Source: Candidatus Zixiibacteriota bacterium
GTDB taxonomy: Bacteria > UBP14 > UBA6098
Reading direction: 5' to 3'
Assembly (NCBI GenBank): GCA_011388305.1
Contig: DSAF01000088.1
Location: 1-39,261, forward strand
Length of the DNA: 39,261 nt
Of this stretch, positions 9,397-18,464 are shown in pieces (the stretch's first letter is position 1; each line of letters opens with the position of its first letter). The notes beneath the pieces were generated by a model. It was not told where the DNA came from. It saw only the letters and a program-made list of their open reading frames with translations, and ran no database searches. The position numbers were made by a program, and so were the translations under genes.

Positions 9397-11409
9397 ATGT
9401 CCGGTAAATTTAGTCCGTTCATCGCTACACTGACGGTGCTCTTCGCCGCCTCTATACTCCTTTTCTCGGGGTGTTCCAAAGATGGCGAGGACGACGGCGC
9501 GATGAAAGATGGTTCCTCATGGGGCCTCGTGAACACTTACTCAATGCAAATCCCCGGCGCTGTGTGGCCCATATCCTCGGGCGTTGTAGTTGTAGGCGCG
9601 AATAACGAACACGTCTATCGTTCTACTAACGCCGGCCGCTCGTGGAGCACTATTGTTCTCGACGAGTCCACCGGCAGAAAGGCGCTGGACATGTTCGCGA
9701 CGCCATCCCGCCTTATTATGGTAGGCGAGCGCGGCATGATATACACCTCTACCGACGATGGCGTCACATGGGTGGATGCGAGCGTTCCGAGCGTTGTGGA
9801 TGAAGATAAAGACCTCGTGAAGATAGTCTATCCCGGCACCGGCGAGTTTAACCCGCTGTTTATCGTCGGCTATAAAGGCGCACTCCTCAAATCCACCAAT
9901 GAAGGCGCCTCATGGACGGAAGTCGATCTTGGCATCGTAGATGCCGAGTCAACGATGATTATTGATGATGACGATACGACGTGGGATCACACGCCGGTCT
10001 ATGTCAATCAGGACATTATCAACTTCACCACCGGATACGCGCCCAATCCTTCGTGGATATATGCGGTCGGCGACACACTCGTCATAGACAGCGAGCTTTA
10101 CTTCTACTATTCGAAGAACGGAGGAGTTGACTGGGATATCCTCACGATTCCTCGCTCTGGCGCTTACCATGCTTGCTATTTCTCCGATGACACCACCGGC
10201 CTTCTTTTCGGCCCCGATGGCGCCGTTTGGAAAGTTTGGACGACCGATGACGCAGTGAGAATGTCCAGCGCGGCAATTCTCGGGAGCGGAAGACATTTCC
10301 AAGAGATTAAATTCGTGACGCCCGATCTGGGATGGGCGGTTGGCGCAGGCGGCACGGTCGCGAAGACTGTTAACGCGGGCAATAACTGGAGCCTCATCAA
10401 TGTCGATGTCACCGGAACCATCTACGACATCAGCTGGCTCAACGCAAATGAGGGCTGGATTGTCGGCGACGATATGTCTCGCGGAACCGCGGCAATCAAA
10501 CATACTACCGACGGCGGCGAGAATTGGTTCTTCCGTAGCTACGGCCTCGGCCTTTCACTAAGTGCCGTGCACTTCATCTCATCCTCCGAAGGCTGGATTG
10601 CAGGTTCCGGCGGAAGAATTGCCAAAACCGAAGACGGCGGAAGAGTTTGGATTCATCAGGATTCATATACCGAGAGAACGATTCAAGACATTTTCTTCCT
10701 TGATGAAAACCGCGGTTGGGCAGTCGGATTTTCGACTAATCAGCTTCTCGATACCCTCATGACAATTCTTTACACCATCGATGGCGGCGGCGAGTGGGCT
10801 TCACTCGAAGGCCTCTCCGGCCAAAGACTAAACAGAGTCAAGTTCGCCGATGCGAATAACGGTTGGACTGTGGGCAACGGCGGCCTTATCCTTCATAGCG
10901 ATGACGGCGGCCAGACATGGGCCGAGCAGAACTCCGGCACGCTTGCAGAGCTTTTCGATATCGATGTTCTTAGCGCGCAGACTGCTTTCGCAGTGGGTCA
11001 ATATGGCACTATCCTCAAGACCACCGACGGCGGCGGCAATTGGACTGAACTCTCAAGCGGCACCGAGCAAGGGCTTACGGGAATCGACATGGTGAACTCC
11101 TCGACAGGCTATGTCTGTGGATCTTTAGGCACCATCCTCAAGACAACTAACGGTGGCAACTCTTGGGAAAAACTCGAACTCCCGCCTTATTCCGGCACGG
11201 TTCTTAAGTCGATCGCATTCGTTAATAGCGAGGTTGGCTGGGCAGTTGGCAAGTTCGGGTATATTCTGCACACCGTCGATGGCGGCGAGACGTGGTATCG
11301 ACAGCAGGCGGGATTCACCGAGGCCGCTCTCAACGATATATTCATCCTCAATGCAAACCGAGCATGGATAGTTGGCGATGCGAGCATTCTCCTCGAGCTT
11401 CATCCCTAA
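9397..11409 (+). CDS. YCF48-related BNR/Asp-box beta-propeller lipoprotein
   Basis: Lipobox FSGC; more than 10 repeats of type GWxVGxxGxIxxTxDGGxxW; SD AAGGAG. Confidence 0.9.
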   Translation: MSGKFSPFIATLTVLFAASILLFSGCSKDGEDDGAMKDGSSWGLVNTYSMQIPGAVWPISSGVVVVGANNEHVYRSTNAGRSWSTIVLDESTGRKALDMFATPSRLIMVGERGMIYTSTDDGVTWVDASVPSVVDEDKDLVKIVYPGTGEFNPLFIVGYKGALLKSTNEGASWTEVDLGIVDAESTMIIDDDDTTWDHTPVYVNQDIINFTTGYAPNPSWIYAVGDTLVIDSELYFYYSKNGGVDWDILTIPRSGAYHACYFSDDTTGLLFGPDGAVWKVWTTDDAVRMSSAAILGSGRHFQEIKFVTPDLGWAVGAGGTVAKTVNAGNNWSLINVDVTGTIYDISWLNANEGWIVGDDMSRGTAAIKHTTDGGENWFFRSYGLGLSLSAVHFISSSEGWIAGSGGRIAKTEDGGRVWIHQDSYTERTIQDIFFLDENRGWAVGFSTNQLLDTLMTILYTIDGGGEWASLEGLSGQRLNRVKFADANNGWTVGNGGLILHSDDGGQTWAEQNSGTLAELFDIDVLSAQTAFAVGQYGTILKTTDGGGNWTELSSGTEQGLTGIDMVNSSTGYVCGSLGTILKTTNGGNSWEKLELPPYSGTVLKSIAFVNSEVGWAVGKFGYILHTVDGGETWYRQQAGFTEAALNDIFILNANRAWIVGDASILLELHP

Positions 11410-11430
11410 TGCGCCGACTTATATCTTTTC

Positions 11431-11462
11431 GAAAAGCCCTCTTCCGAGGGCTTTTCTTTTTT
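11431..11462 (+). terminator. Rho-independent terminator
   Basis: gaaaagccctc-ttcc-gagggcttttc followed by a T run, 21 nt after the stop. Confidence 0.9.
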
Positions 11463-11473
11463 GATGCAAGTCA

Positions 11474-11501
11474 TTGACTTGCGGCGGAATTTGCGTAACT
11501 T
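11474..11501 (+). promoter_or_regulatory. Putative promoter (TTGACT-16-TAACTT) of the polyproline ORF
   Basis: Lies directly after the terminator; the -10 ends 7 nt before ATG 11509. Confidence 0.5.
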
Positions 11502-11508
11502 TGCTATT

Positions 11509-11685
11509 ATGGACGACAAGCGAAAACCGCCGCCTCCGCCGAAGGTTGCCCCCACGCCCGATTACGGCAAGCCTCCGGAGATACCTCCGCCGGGCGCGAT
11601 GCCTCCGCCGCCGGATATGCCGCCCGCCCCGTCAGTTCCCCCGCCGCCGAGAGTTCCCGAAACATTTGAGGAGCATAATGACTGA
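11509..11685 (+). CDS. 58-aa polyproline micro-protein or leader peptide
   Basis: MDDKRKPPPPPKVAPTPDYGKPPEIPPPGAMPPPPDMPPAPSVPPPPRVPETFEEHND; 24 of 58 residues are Pro; overlaps the next ATG (ATGACTGA). Confidence 0.65.
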   Translation: MDDKRKPPPPPKVAPTPDYGKPPEIPPPGAMPPPPDMPPAPSVPPPPRVPETFEEHND

Positions 11686-11944
11686 ACATGAAACGGTAGT
11701 TCTCGAGGTCACTTTTCGCTGGATTGGCGAGATGGTCGCGGAGATATTGCAAAACGAAGGAATCGAAGCGCACCTGATTGGGACGAGCTTTTTGAACACG
11801 GCATATCTGGTTGATTCGGGGCTTCTGAACAACGACGGAGTGGGCTGGCGTCTTGTGGTTCCAAGCTCGCAAGCGGAGAGGGCGCGGATGATTATCGCCG
11901 AGCTGGAGGCCTCCGGCAAGCTGGAGGATTCGGAAATCGAATAA
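11678..11944 (+). CDS. DUF2007-like (PII/GlnB-like fold) small protein
   Basis: GEMVAEILQNEGIEAHL...WRLVVPSSQAERARMII fits the DUF2007 pattern; SD GAGGAG before ATG 11678. Confidence 0.75.
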   Translation: MTEHETVVLEVTFRWIGEMVAEILQNEGIEAHLIGTSFLNTAYLVDSGLLNNDGVGWRLVVPSSQAERARMIIAELEASGKLEDSEIE

Positions 11945-13033
11945 TTAAGTCCATTGTGGATAGCCGATTATCACCATGTCATCGCCGGTTTTGCGGAATC
12001 TCACACGGTCGAGGTCTATGCTTTCTGCCAGACTATTTATGCCTAAATCTCCTATCGCCGGTTTCCCCCCCCCGATGAGCCTCGGCGCGACGGCAATGTG
12101 AATTTTATCCGCGATGCGCGCGCGAATGGCCGTCGTGATTGCCTCGCCGCCGCCCTCCAAAAGAACCGAGCCAATGCCCATATCGAAAATCTTCCGAAGG
12201 AAGATCGGCCAAAAGTCCTCATCTCTGGAGATTTGAACGACCTCGACATGCTCGGGAAGTCTCTCTCCATCGGACGAGGAGCGGACGACTATCGTCCGCA
12301 CATCACCGGCGAGAACGTTGAGCGAGGCTGGAAGCTCGCGGTCTCCGGCGAGGATGACCCGTGCGGGATGATGGCGGCTTCTATATTTGCGGACGGTCAG
12401 GCGCGGGTTATCGACAATCGCCGTGTTGGCTCCGACGGCTACGGCGCCGTGTTCCGCGCGGAGTCTGTGCGCAAATCGCAATGCCCTCTCGCCGGAAATC
12501 CACTGCGAGTTGCCGGTTTTGGTCGCAATGTGGCCATCGGCGGTTTGCGCCCATTTGAGCGAGAGAAACGCGCGGTTTTCCGTGCGCTGGACGCGGTATT
12601 GTTCGATAAGTTCGGTGCCCTCATTTTCGAGGAAGCCGTCGATTACTTCGATGCCCGCCGCCCTCAGCGCGGACATCCCCGCGCCGCAGACTCTGCTGTC
12701 GAAATCGTCTCTGCAAGCGATGAAGACTCTGGCGATTTTTGCCGAGATAATCGCATCGACACATGGCGGCGTCGCGCCGTGATGACAACACGGCTCGAGC
12801 GTGACGAACATCGTCGCGCCATCGGTGTCGTGGCCGGTGTTGCGAGCGCTCTCAATTGCGAGGACTTCGGCGTGTTTATCGCCTTTCGCCCTGTGCCAGC
12901 CGCTTCCGATAATCGCGCCGCGCTTGACCAAAACCGCGCCCACCGGCGGGTTGGGAAACGCCGAGCCTTTGCCTTTTGCCCCCAGAGACAGTGCCTTGCG
13001 CATAAAACGAATGTCCCCTGCGGTGAAGCTCAC
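11945..13033 (-). CDS. ribD: Riboflavin biosynthesis deaminase/reductase RibD
   Basis: PNPPVGAVLV, HAE, TLEPCCHHGATPPC, SQWIS, DNPRLTVR, LLEGGG. Confidence 0.96.
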   Translation of the reverse strand: MSFTAGDIRFMRKALSLGAKGKGSAFPNPPVGAVLVKRGAIIGSGWHRAKGDKHAEVLAIESARNTGHDTDGATMFVTLEPCCHHGATPPCVDAIISAKIARVFIACRDDFDSRVCGAGMSALRAAGIEVIDGFLENEGTELIEQYRVQRTENRAFLSLKWAQTADGHIATKTGNSQWISGERALRFAHRLRAEHGAVAVGANTAIVDNPRLTVRKYRSRHHPARVILAGDRELPASLNVLAGDVRTIVVRSSSDGERLPEHVEVVQISRDEDFWPIFLRKIFDMGIGSVLLEGGGEAITTAIRARIADKIHIAVAPRLIGGGKPAIGDLGINSLAESIDLDRVRFRKTGDDMVIIGYPQWT

Positions 13034-13263
13034 GAATGTCCTTCGTCGAAGGTGGATTGGACATCCTTGAGGGCGGACAGCGTCTCGATCGCATCGCCCT
13101 CGGTGGTTGTGCCTATCGCGAATCCTGCGTGAACGAGCACGAAATCTCCGACCTTAGCATCGGGAAGGAGCATGAGGTTGACCTTCTTGGTGAATCCTCC
13201 GAAATCGATCTCTCCGCTATCGCCTTCGATTGAAACGATTTTCCCGGGATATGCGAGACACAT
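13030..13263 (-). CDS. hypC: HypC/HybG/HupF [NiFe]-hydrogenase maturation chaperone
   Basis: MCLAYPGKIV N-terminus with Cys2; VGDFVLVHAGFAI; SD GAGGAG. Confidence 0.93.
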   Translation of the reverse strand: MCLAYPGKIVSIEGDSGEIDFGGFTKKVNLMLLPDAKVGDFVLVHAGFAIGTTTEGDAIETLSALKDVQSTFDEGHS

Positions 13264-13321
13264 CAGTCTCTCCTCTCTAAAACTTTGATATTCATTGCGT
13301 TAGCACAGTTGCGCCTGTCCA

Positions 13322-14872
13322 TCAGTCCTCGATGATGTGGAATTCTGTGCGGCGATTGAGCCTCCGCCCCTCCTCGGTGATATTGTCGCCGATGGGTTCC
13401 GAGGTGCCATATCCTTTCGCGGCGAGGCGGCGGACTTCGATTCCGTTCTCGACGAGATATTTAAGCACATTGAACGCCCTTCGATGGGAGAGGTCGATGT
13501 TGTATTCCTCTGCGCCGATGGCGTCGGTGTGTCCTCGAATCTCGATTTGAAGCGACGGGTTGTCCTCTAAGAGTTTTACCGCGCGGTTAAGCTCTGGGAT
13601 GGACTCCGAGCGGATAGAGTCGGAATCGAAATCGAAGAAGATATTGCGTATCTCGAACGTCTCGCCGGCGACGAGGCGCGACAGCTTGAAGTCCATCTTC
13701 AGCTCCTGATAGCCTTCTTCGACGGGGATGTCGTATCTTTCGCTGGAGAATGCGTATCCCTCGGCGGAGACGCTGATGCCGTATGTCTCGCCGGCTGGAA
13801 GCACGATGAAGAACTCGCCGGTCTCGGGATTGGTTCGCGGGCTGGCGAGCACCTCGCCGGTGGCGATTCGCTCGACGGTAATCTCCGCCGACAGCGGGAG
13901 GCCTGTCTCCTTGTCGCTGACCGAGCCGGATAGCGTCGCGACGACTTTCGGGCGCAGAGCCTCGGACAACGGCAGATAGTAAATGTCGAATCCGCCGTAT
14001 CCGCCGGCGCGGTCGCTGGAGAAGAATATCAAATCGCCCTTGGCGGGTATGCTGAAGAAGTAGTCCGAGTCGGGCGTGTTCACCGGCGGGCCGAGGTTCA
14101 AAGGCTCGCTCCATCTTCCCAATGAGTCCATCTCCGATTTGAAGACATCGAGCATTCCGAGGCCGCCATGGCCGGCGCTGGAGAAGTAAAGCGTGACGCC
14201 GTCGGGATGGATGAACGGGCTGGCCTGATCGCGGGCGTTGTTTATTGGAAATCCAATATTCTCCGCCCGGCTCCAGCCTCGGTCTGTCTTGCGGGAGAGC
14301 CAGATGTCCCTCCCGCCGAAGCCGCCGAAACGGTCGCTCGAAAAGAACAGCGTCTTGCCATCGGCGGACAGCGAGGGATGTCCGTCCCATCCCCTGCTGT
14401 TGACGTTCCTGCCGAGATTGCGCGGCTCGCTCCAGCCTTCCGCCACGCGCTCGGAGATGTATAGGTCGCAGGTGCCGTATGCGTCCTTTCTTCCGCAGGC
14501 GGTGAAGATTATCGTGTTGCCGTCAACGGAGACGGCCATGCTCCCCTCGTTGGCATCGGTGTTGATTGGCGCGCCGAGCGGAGTTGGCGTCTGCCAGCGG
14601 TTGCTCTGAAACTCCGAGACATAGAAATCCTCGATGCCGTTTCGGCGGTTGCTGGAAAAGTAAAGCCTCTGGCCGTCCGCCGAGACATAGGGCGCGAAAT
14701 CCGAATAGATGGAATTTACCATCGTGAGGTTTGTCGGTGCGACCATATCTGCCAATAAATCGGCTCGAGCCTCCTCTACAAGCTCCTCGATGGCTGTATC
14801 GGTGGTATCGGCCGTATCGGCGAAAGACGTAATAGACAAGACGATTATAAAACCTATCGCAAATATTTTCAT
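13322..14872 (-). CDS. OmpA-family peptidoglycan-binding protein with PD40 (WD40-like) repeats and a carboxypeptidase-regulatory-like domain
   Basis: Signal peptide; repeated PxxSxDGxxLYFSSxR/GGxDIY units; C-terminal NIFFDFDS, GHTD, YNIDLSHRRA, GYG, NRRTEF. Confidence 0.92.
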   Translation of the reverse strand: MKIFAIGFIIVLSITSFADTADTTDTAIEELVEEARADLLADMVAPTNLTMVNSIYSDFAPYVSADGQRLYFSSNRRNGIEDFYVSEFQSNRWQTPTPLGAPINTDANEGSMAVSVDGNTIIFTACGRKDAYGTCDLYISERVAEGWSEPRNLGRNVNSRGWDGHPSLSADGKTLFFSSDRFGGFGGRDIWLSRKTDRGWSRAENIGFPINNARDQASPFIHPDGVTLYFSSAGHGGLGMLDVFKSEMDSLGRWSEPLNLGPPVNTPDSDYFFSIPAKGDLIFFSSDRAGGYGGFDIYYLPLSEALRPKVVATLSGSVSDKETGLPLSAEITVERIATGEVLASPRTNPETGEFFIVLPAGETYGISVSAEGYAFSSERYDIPVEEGYQELKMDFKLSRLVAGETFEIRNIFFDFDSDSIRSESIPELNRAVKLLEDNPSLQIEIRGHTDAIGAEEYNIDLSHRRAFNVLKYLVENGIEVRRLAAKGYGTSEPIGDNITEEGRRLNRRTEFHIIED

Positions 14873-14969
14873 GTTGAAACCATTTTATTTGTTCGCATCA
14901 GCATTTTCTCAATCATTGATTAAAATGTTGTCAAAACCAGCCTAAATATTCAACAGTTTTCGGGCCAAA

Positions 14970-16304
14970 CTACACCTCGGCTTTCGGAAAAGCTATCTCG
15001 AAAGCGCACCCGCCAAGCTCCGATTTTTTCAGGCACAGTTCGCCGCCGGCATCCTCGATAATCTTCTTGGCGAGAGTGAGGCCTATGCCCGTGCCCTCGG
15101 GCTTGGTGGTGAAGAACGGCTCGAATATGCGCGCGGCCTGCTTTCGGCTCACGCCCTTGCCGTCGTCCTCGATTACGAGGAGCACTCGGGTGCCCTCGTC
15201 GAGCGAGCGGATGCGTATCGTTCCCCCGTCGGGGAGTGCCTCGACGGCATTTGCGAGAATGTTGATTATCGCCCGTCGGATTGCGCCCGCCGGCGCGGAA
15301 ATTTTCGCATTGCCCTCCCAGCTCGCCTTAAGGGTAGTCGCTTTGTGCCCGTCTCCTGCGAAGAAGCTCCCTGCGACCTCCTCGGCCAAACCGCCGAGCG
15401 AGAAGACCGACTCGTCCTTGGAATGCGGCCTCGCCATCGCGAGGTATTCCTCGACCGTGCCATCGATTCGCGCGACCTCCTCGACAATCGATTCGACAAG
15501 CCCTTCGCGCCTCTCCGGCGAGGATTTCGCCAGCCGCTCCGCCGATGCGCGGATTATCGACAGCGGGTTGCGCAAATCATGTGCGACTCCCGCCGCCATT
15601 TGTCCCATGGTCGCCATCTTCGAGATGTTGAGGATTCGCCGCTCCATCCTCCTCAGAATCATCATGGTAGAGAGGAGAATCGCCCCGCCGGCAATCGCCA
15701 CAACAATCGACAGAATCGCGAAGATGAGGAGATTTCTCCGCAACAGCGCAAGAACCTCGTAATATTCCGCGCCCGCCTCGACCGCAAGCACCCAGCGCGT
15801 CGCGCCCAGCTCGTCGGCGATTGGCGCGTAAGTTCCGCGGAATTGCCTCCCGCCGACGCGGTAGAGTTCACCGCCGGAAGTCGCGCCTCCAAGCGCGGTG
15901 TTGAACGCCATGCGGTCGCTCTCGATATATGGGTAAAAATCCCCTCGCGCGTAAGCTCTTTGCGTCGAATGGACGATGTTCCCAAGCGTGTCGAGAATCG
16001 TTATCGAGGCGAACGAGCCGTCCTCGGCGTATCGGTCGATTTGCTCGGCGAGAAGCGCCGCGTATATGCCCGATGAGTCCACGGCCATCGAGCGGACTCT
16101 CGCCGGCCGAATCGCCTCGGCGATGGCGCGGGTTTCGAGAGCTTGGCCGTCCGCTATCTTCTCGGATAGAATTGGCTCTATGCGCTTGTATTGCAGGAAG
16201 TTAATGAGGTTGAAGCCCAGCAGAATAACCGCCACAGCAACGGCCGCCCACTTCATAAGGACGCCGAATGTGCCACCGGCGAGGCGGTGTTCCGTATTGG
16301 ACAT
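14970..16304 (-). CDS. Membrane sensor histidine kinase (2 TM, extracytoplasmic sensor domain)
   Basis: H-box AHDLRNPL, N-box NILANAVEA, DDGKG, FEPFFTTKPEGTGIGL. Confidence 0.94.
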   Translation of the reverse strand: MSNTEHRLAGGTFGVLMKWAAVAVAVILLGFNLINFLQYKRIEPILSEKIADGQALETRAIAEAIRPARVRSMAVDSSGIYAALLAEQIDRYAEDGSFASITILDTLGNIVHSTQRAYARGDFYPYIESDRMAFNTALGGATSGGELYRVGGRQFRGTYAPIADELGATRWVLAVEAGAEYYEVLALLRRNLLIFAILSIVVAIAGGAILLSTMMILRRMERRILNISKMATMGQMAAGVAHDLRNPLSIIRASAERLAKSSPERREGLVESIVEEVARIDGTVEEYLAMARPHSKDESVFSLGGLAEEVAGSFFAGDGHKATTLKASWEGNAKISAPAGAIRRAIINILANAVEALPDGGTIRIRSLDEGTRVLLVIEDDGKGVSRKQAARIFEPFFTTKPEGTGIGLTLAKKIIEDAGGELCLKKSELGGCAFEIAFPKAEV

Positions 16305-16307
16305 GGG

Positions 16308-17060
16308 CTATTTTCCCCGAAGCTGGACGAGTTTTCTCTGCGTCTCTTGCGCGTCAGGTGCCGCCGGGAAGAGGCGAAGATATTCCTCGAGCATGTCGAT
16401 GGCCATGTCGAAATCGCCGCGCTGATAGTAGGCCGTCGCGAGATTGGCGAACGGCACGGGATACAGCGGGTTAAGCTCCCTCGCGAGCGACAGCTCGGCT
16501 ATCGCCTCCTCATACATGCCCATGAAATAATATACGCCGCCCAAGTCGTTGTGGAACAACGGGTTCTCCGGGTCGAGGTCGATGGCTTTGTTAAAGTAGC
16601 TCACCGCCGTCTCATAGTCGCTCCGTTTGAACGACACCCATCCGAGGCCGAAGTGCCCCCAAGGGCTTTTCTCATCGAGCTGAACGGTGCGCTGATAGAC
16701 GGCCTCCTGCTTCTCGATATCTGCCAACAGTCGGCCATAGAGGAAGTGGAATCGCGCGTCGCTTTGGTTTTGCTTAAGAAGCCGGTCATATTCGTCGAGA
16801 AGCTCCTTAGGCTCGATTTCTCTGGCGCGGATAACCTGATAGTGTATATGCGCTTCGGTGAATTCGGGGTATTTCTCCAGTGCCAGCAGAATCTCCTCTT
16901 TGGCCTGCGCGACCTTTCCCTCGCGATAATATGCCAAACTTGCCTCATAGTTAGGCTTGGCCAGAAGATGTTGCTTCTCGGATTGGCTCGTCCAGCAACC
17001 TGTGAAGAGGCCAGCCAGAATCGCCGAAAGAACTGCCGTTAGGGCTAATTTTTTCGCCAT
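16308..17060 (-). CDS. Tetratricopeptide repeat lipoprotein
   Basis: Lipobox FTGC; several TPR units (e.g. AVSYFNKAIDLDPENP); SD GAGGAG before ATG 17060. Confidence 0.88.
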   Translation of the reverse strand: MAKKLALTAVLSAILAGLFTGCWTSQSEKQHLLAKPNYEASLAYYREGKVAQAKEEILLALEKYPEFTEAHIHYQVIRAREIEPKELLDEYDRLLKQNQSDARFHFLYGRLLADIEKQEAVYQRTVQLDEKSPWGHFGLGWVSFKRSDYETAVSYFNKAIDLDPENPLFHNDLGGVYYFMGMYEEAIAELSLARELNPLYPVPFANLATAYYQRGDFDMAIDMLEEYLRLFPAAPDAQETQRKLVQLRGK

Positions 17061-17071
17061 AATGTGGCTCC

Positions 17072-18331
17072 TCAATCGCAAATTTTGCCCTCGAGATCGG
17101 GGTGAATAAAGAAGAACTCCGTCTTTTCTTGGGCAGTGGGCAAGAACTGGTCGAGATAGCGCATCTTCATGCGGGCGACATCGCCCCAGCGGTCGCAGTC
17201 CCCACGGTTGACAGCCCTGCTGTATATTTCATAGCAACACTCGAAGCGAAGTTTCTCGCGCACTCCGACGCCCTCCTCGGGGACGGCGGCACGGGCGCGG
17301 CCTACGCAGATGTCCCCCTCCACGACTATCGCCTGACAGGAGTTGCGATCTTGCTGGCGTGCCTTATTAAGGTATTGCGTCGCCTGATCGAATCTCTTCA
17401 TCTGAATATATGTGTCCGCGATGTCCAATAGCAGGCGAACATTCGTAGGCGCAAGCTTCTCCGCATCTATGAAAGACCTCTGGGCGAGGTCGTATCGCTC
17501 CTTGGCGGCGTGAACAAGCCCCATGTATTGGTAACCTCGATAGTCCTCGGGATTGGACACGATGTATGCTTCGAGCGTGGCGACGGCGTCCTCGTAATCG
17601 CCGGTGTTTGCCTGTGCCCTTCCGAGGTTAAGGGCATACTCCGTGTTCGTTGGGTCGATTCGAGCGAGATTACGATACGCCTCTCGAACGCCTTCCCAAT
17701 TCCCACGGACGAGGTAGAGGTCGGCCATTTTGAGCCATGTATCGGTTTGATTGGGATCCGCCTCGACAGACCTTGTGAACCACACCAAAGAGGAATCGAG
17801 CATGCCACGGGAGAGCAAAACCATGCCGATTTGCGTCGGGGAGTAGGCATCGGTATTGTCCAGCTCATAAGCTATAATGTATGATGCAATTGCGCTGTCC
17901 AACAGCTCCGGCTGGCCTTCGGCGGCTTTTCGTTGGTATAGCATAGCCAGCCCGCGGTGAAGGAATGCAATTTCCGGAAAGCGCTGGATTCCCTCGGCAT
18001 AGACTGCAAATGCGCTATCGTGCTCGCCCATGCGGAAATAGCTGTCGGCAAGGTATCTCCAGCCTCGGTTATCCATCGGGTCGAGTTCTTCGACCATCTG
18101 CTTGAAATAGCGAATCGCGTCCGCATATTGGGTGTTTTTGTAATACTCCATTCCCAAAGACCAAGCTATTCGCACTTCCTGCTCGAGCGAGTCGCTTCGA
18201 GCTTCTTTCGCTTCTTGACGGGCGCGCTCCTGCTCTTCGAGTTGCTGGGGCGAAGGCCCCGCCGTAGCACACGCGAAAACGGTCACTAACAAAGCCACAG
18301 CGAAAATAGCGAGGGGAATAAATTTCTTCAT
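17072..18331 (-). CDS. Tetratricopeptide repeat lipoprotein with Cys-rich C-terminus
   Basis: Lipobox-like VFAC; about 8 TPR-like units; SD GAGG. Confidence 0.88.
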   Translation of the reverse strand: MKKFIPLAIFAVALLVTVFACATAGPSPQQLEEQERARQEAKEARSDSLEQEVRIAWSLGMEYYKNTQYADAIRYFKQMVEELDPMDNRGWRYLADSYFRMGEHDSAFAVYAEGIQRFPEIAFLHRGLAMLYQRKAAEGQPELLDSAIASYIIAYELDNTDAYSPTQIGMVLLSRGMLDSSLVWFTRSVEADPNQTDTWLKMADLYLVRGNWEGVREAYRNLARIDPTNTEYALNLGRAQANTGDYEDAVATLEAYIVSNPEDYRGYQYMGLVHAAKERYDLAQRSFIDAEKLAPTNVRLLLDIADTYIQMKRFDQATQYLNKARQQDRNSCQAIVVEGDICVGRARAAVPEEGVGVREKLRFECCYEIYSRAVNRGDCDRWGDVARMKMRYLDQFLPTAQEKTEFFFIHPDLEGKICD

Positions 18332-18413
18332 GTCTCTTCCTCGGTTTGAGTCAATTTTAATGCAAAAAAGTCAGCGCATTGGCCCTATAATACTATAGGC
18401 CTATAACTATACA

Positions 18414-18441
18414 ATTATATTTACGATACTCAATATGTCAA
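18414..18441 (-). promoter_or_regulatory. Consensus promoter TTGACA-16-TATAAT for the TPR-TPR-HK operon
   Basis: Both hexamers are perfect on the minus strand, about 83 nt upstream of ATG 18331. Confidence 0.8.
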
Positions 18442-18464
18442 TACTCGAATTCTAACTTGTTGCA

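Noticed and set aside
11474-11677. Arg-rich N-terminal extension of the DUF2007-like ORF
   Set aside because: It is the alternative frame of the CCG-rich polyproline ORF; a strong SD supports ATG 11678.
12098-13132. 344-aa plus-strand ORF and other long antisense ORFs (e.g. 21767-22765, 23929-24930, 4395-5231, 16191-17042)
   Set aside because: They lie opposite well-supported genes (ribD, RND, MFP, mnmE, TPR), show no family motifs, and are expected shadow ORFs in GC-rich DNA.
13322-14872. Calling the PD40-OmpA protein PorE of a type IX secretion system
   Set aside because: It lacks the lipobox and N-terminal TPR of PorE, and no other T9SS genes are present.
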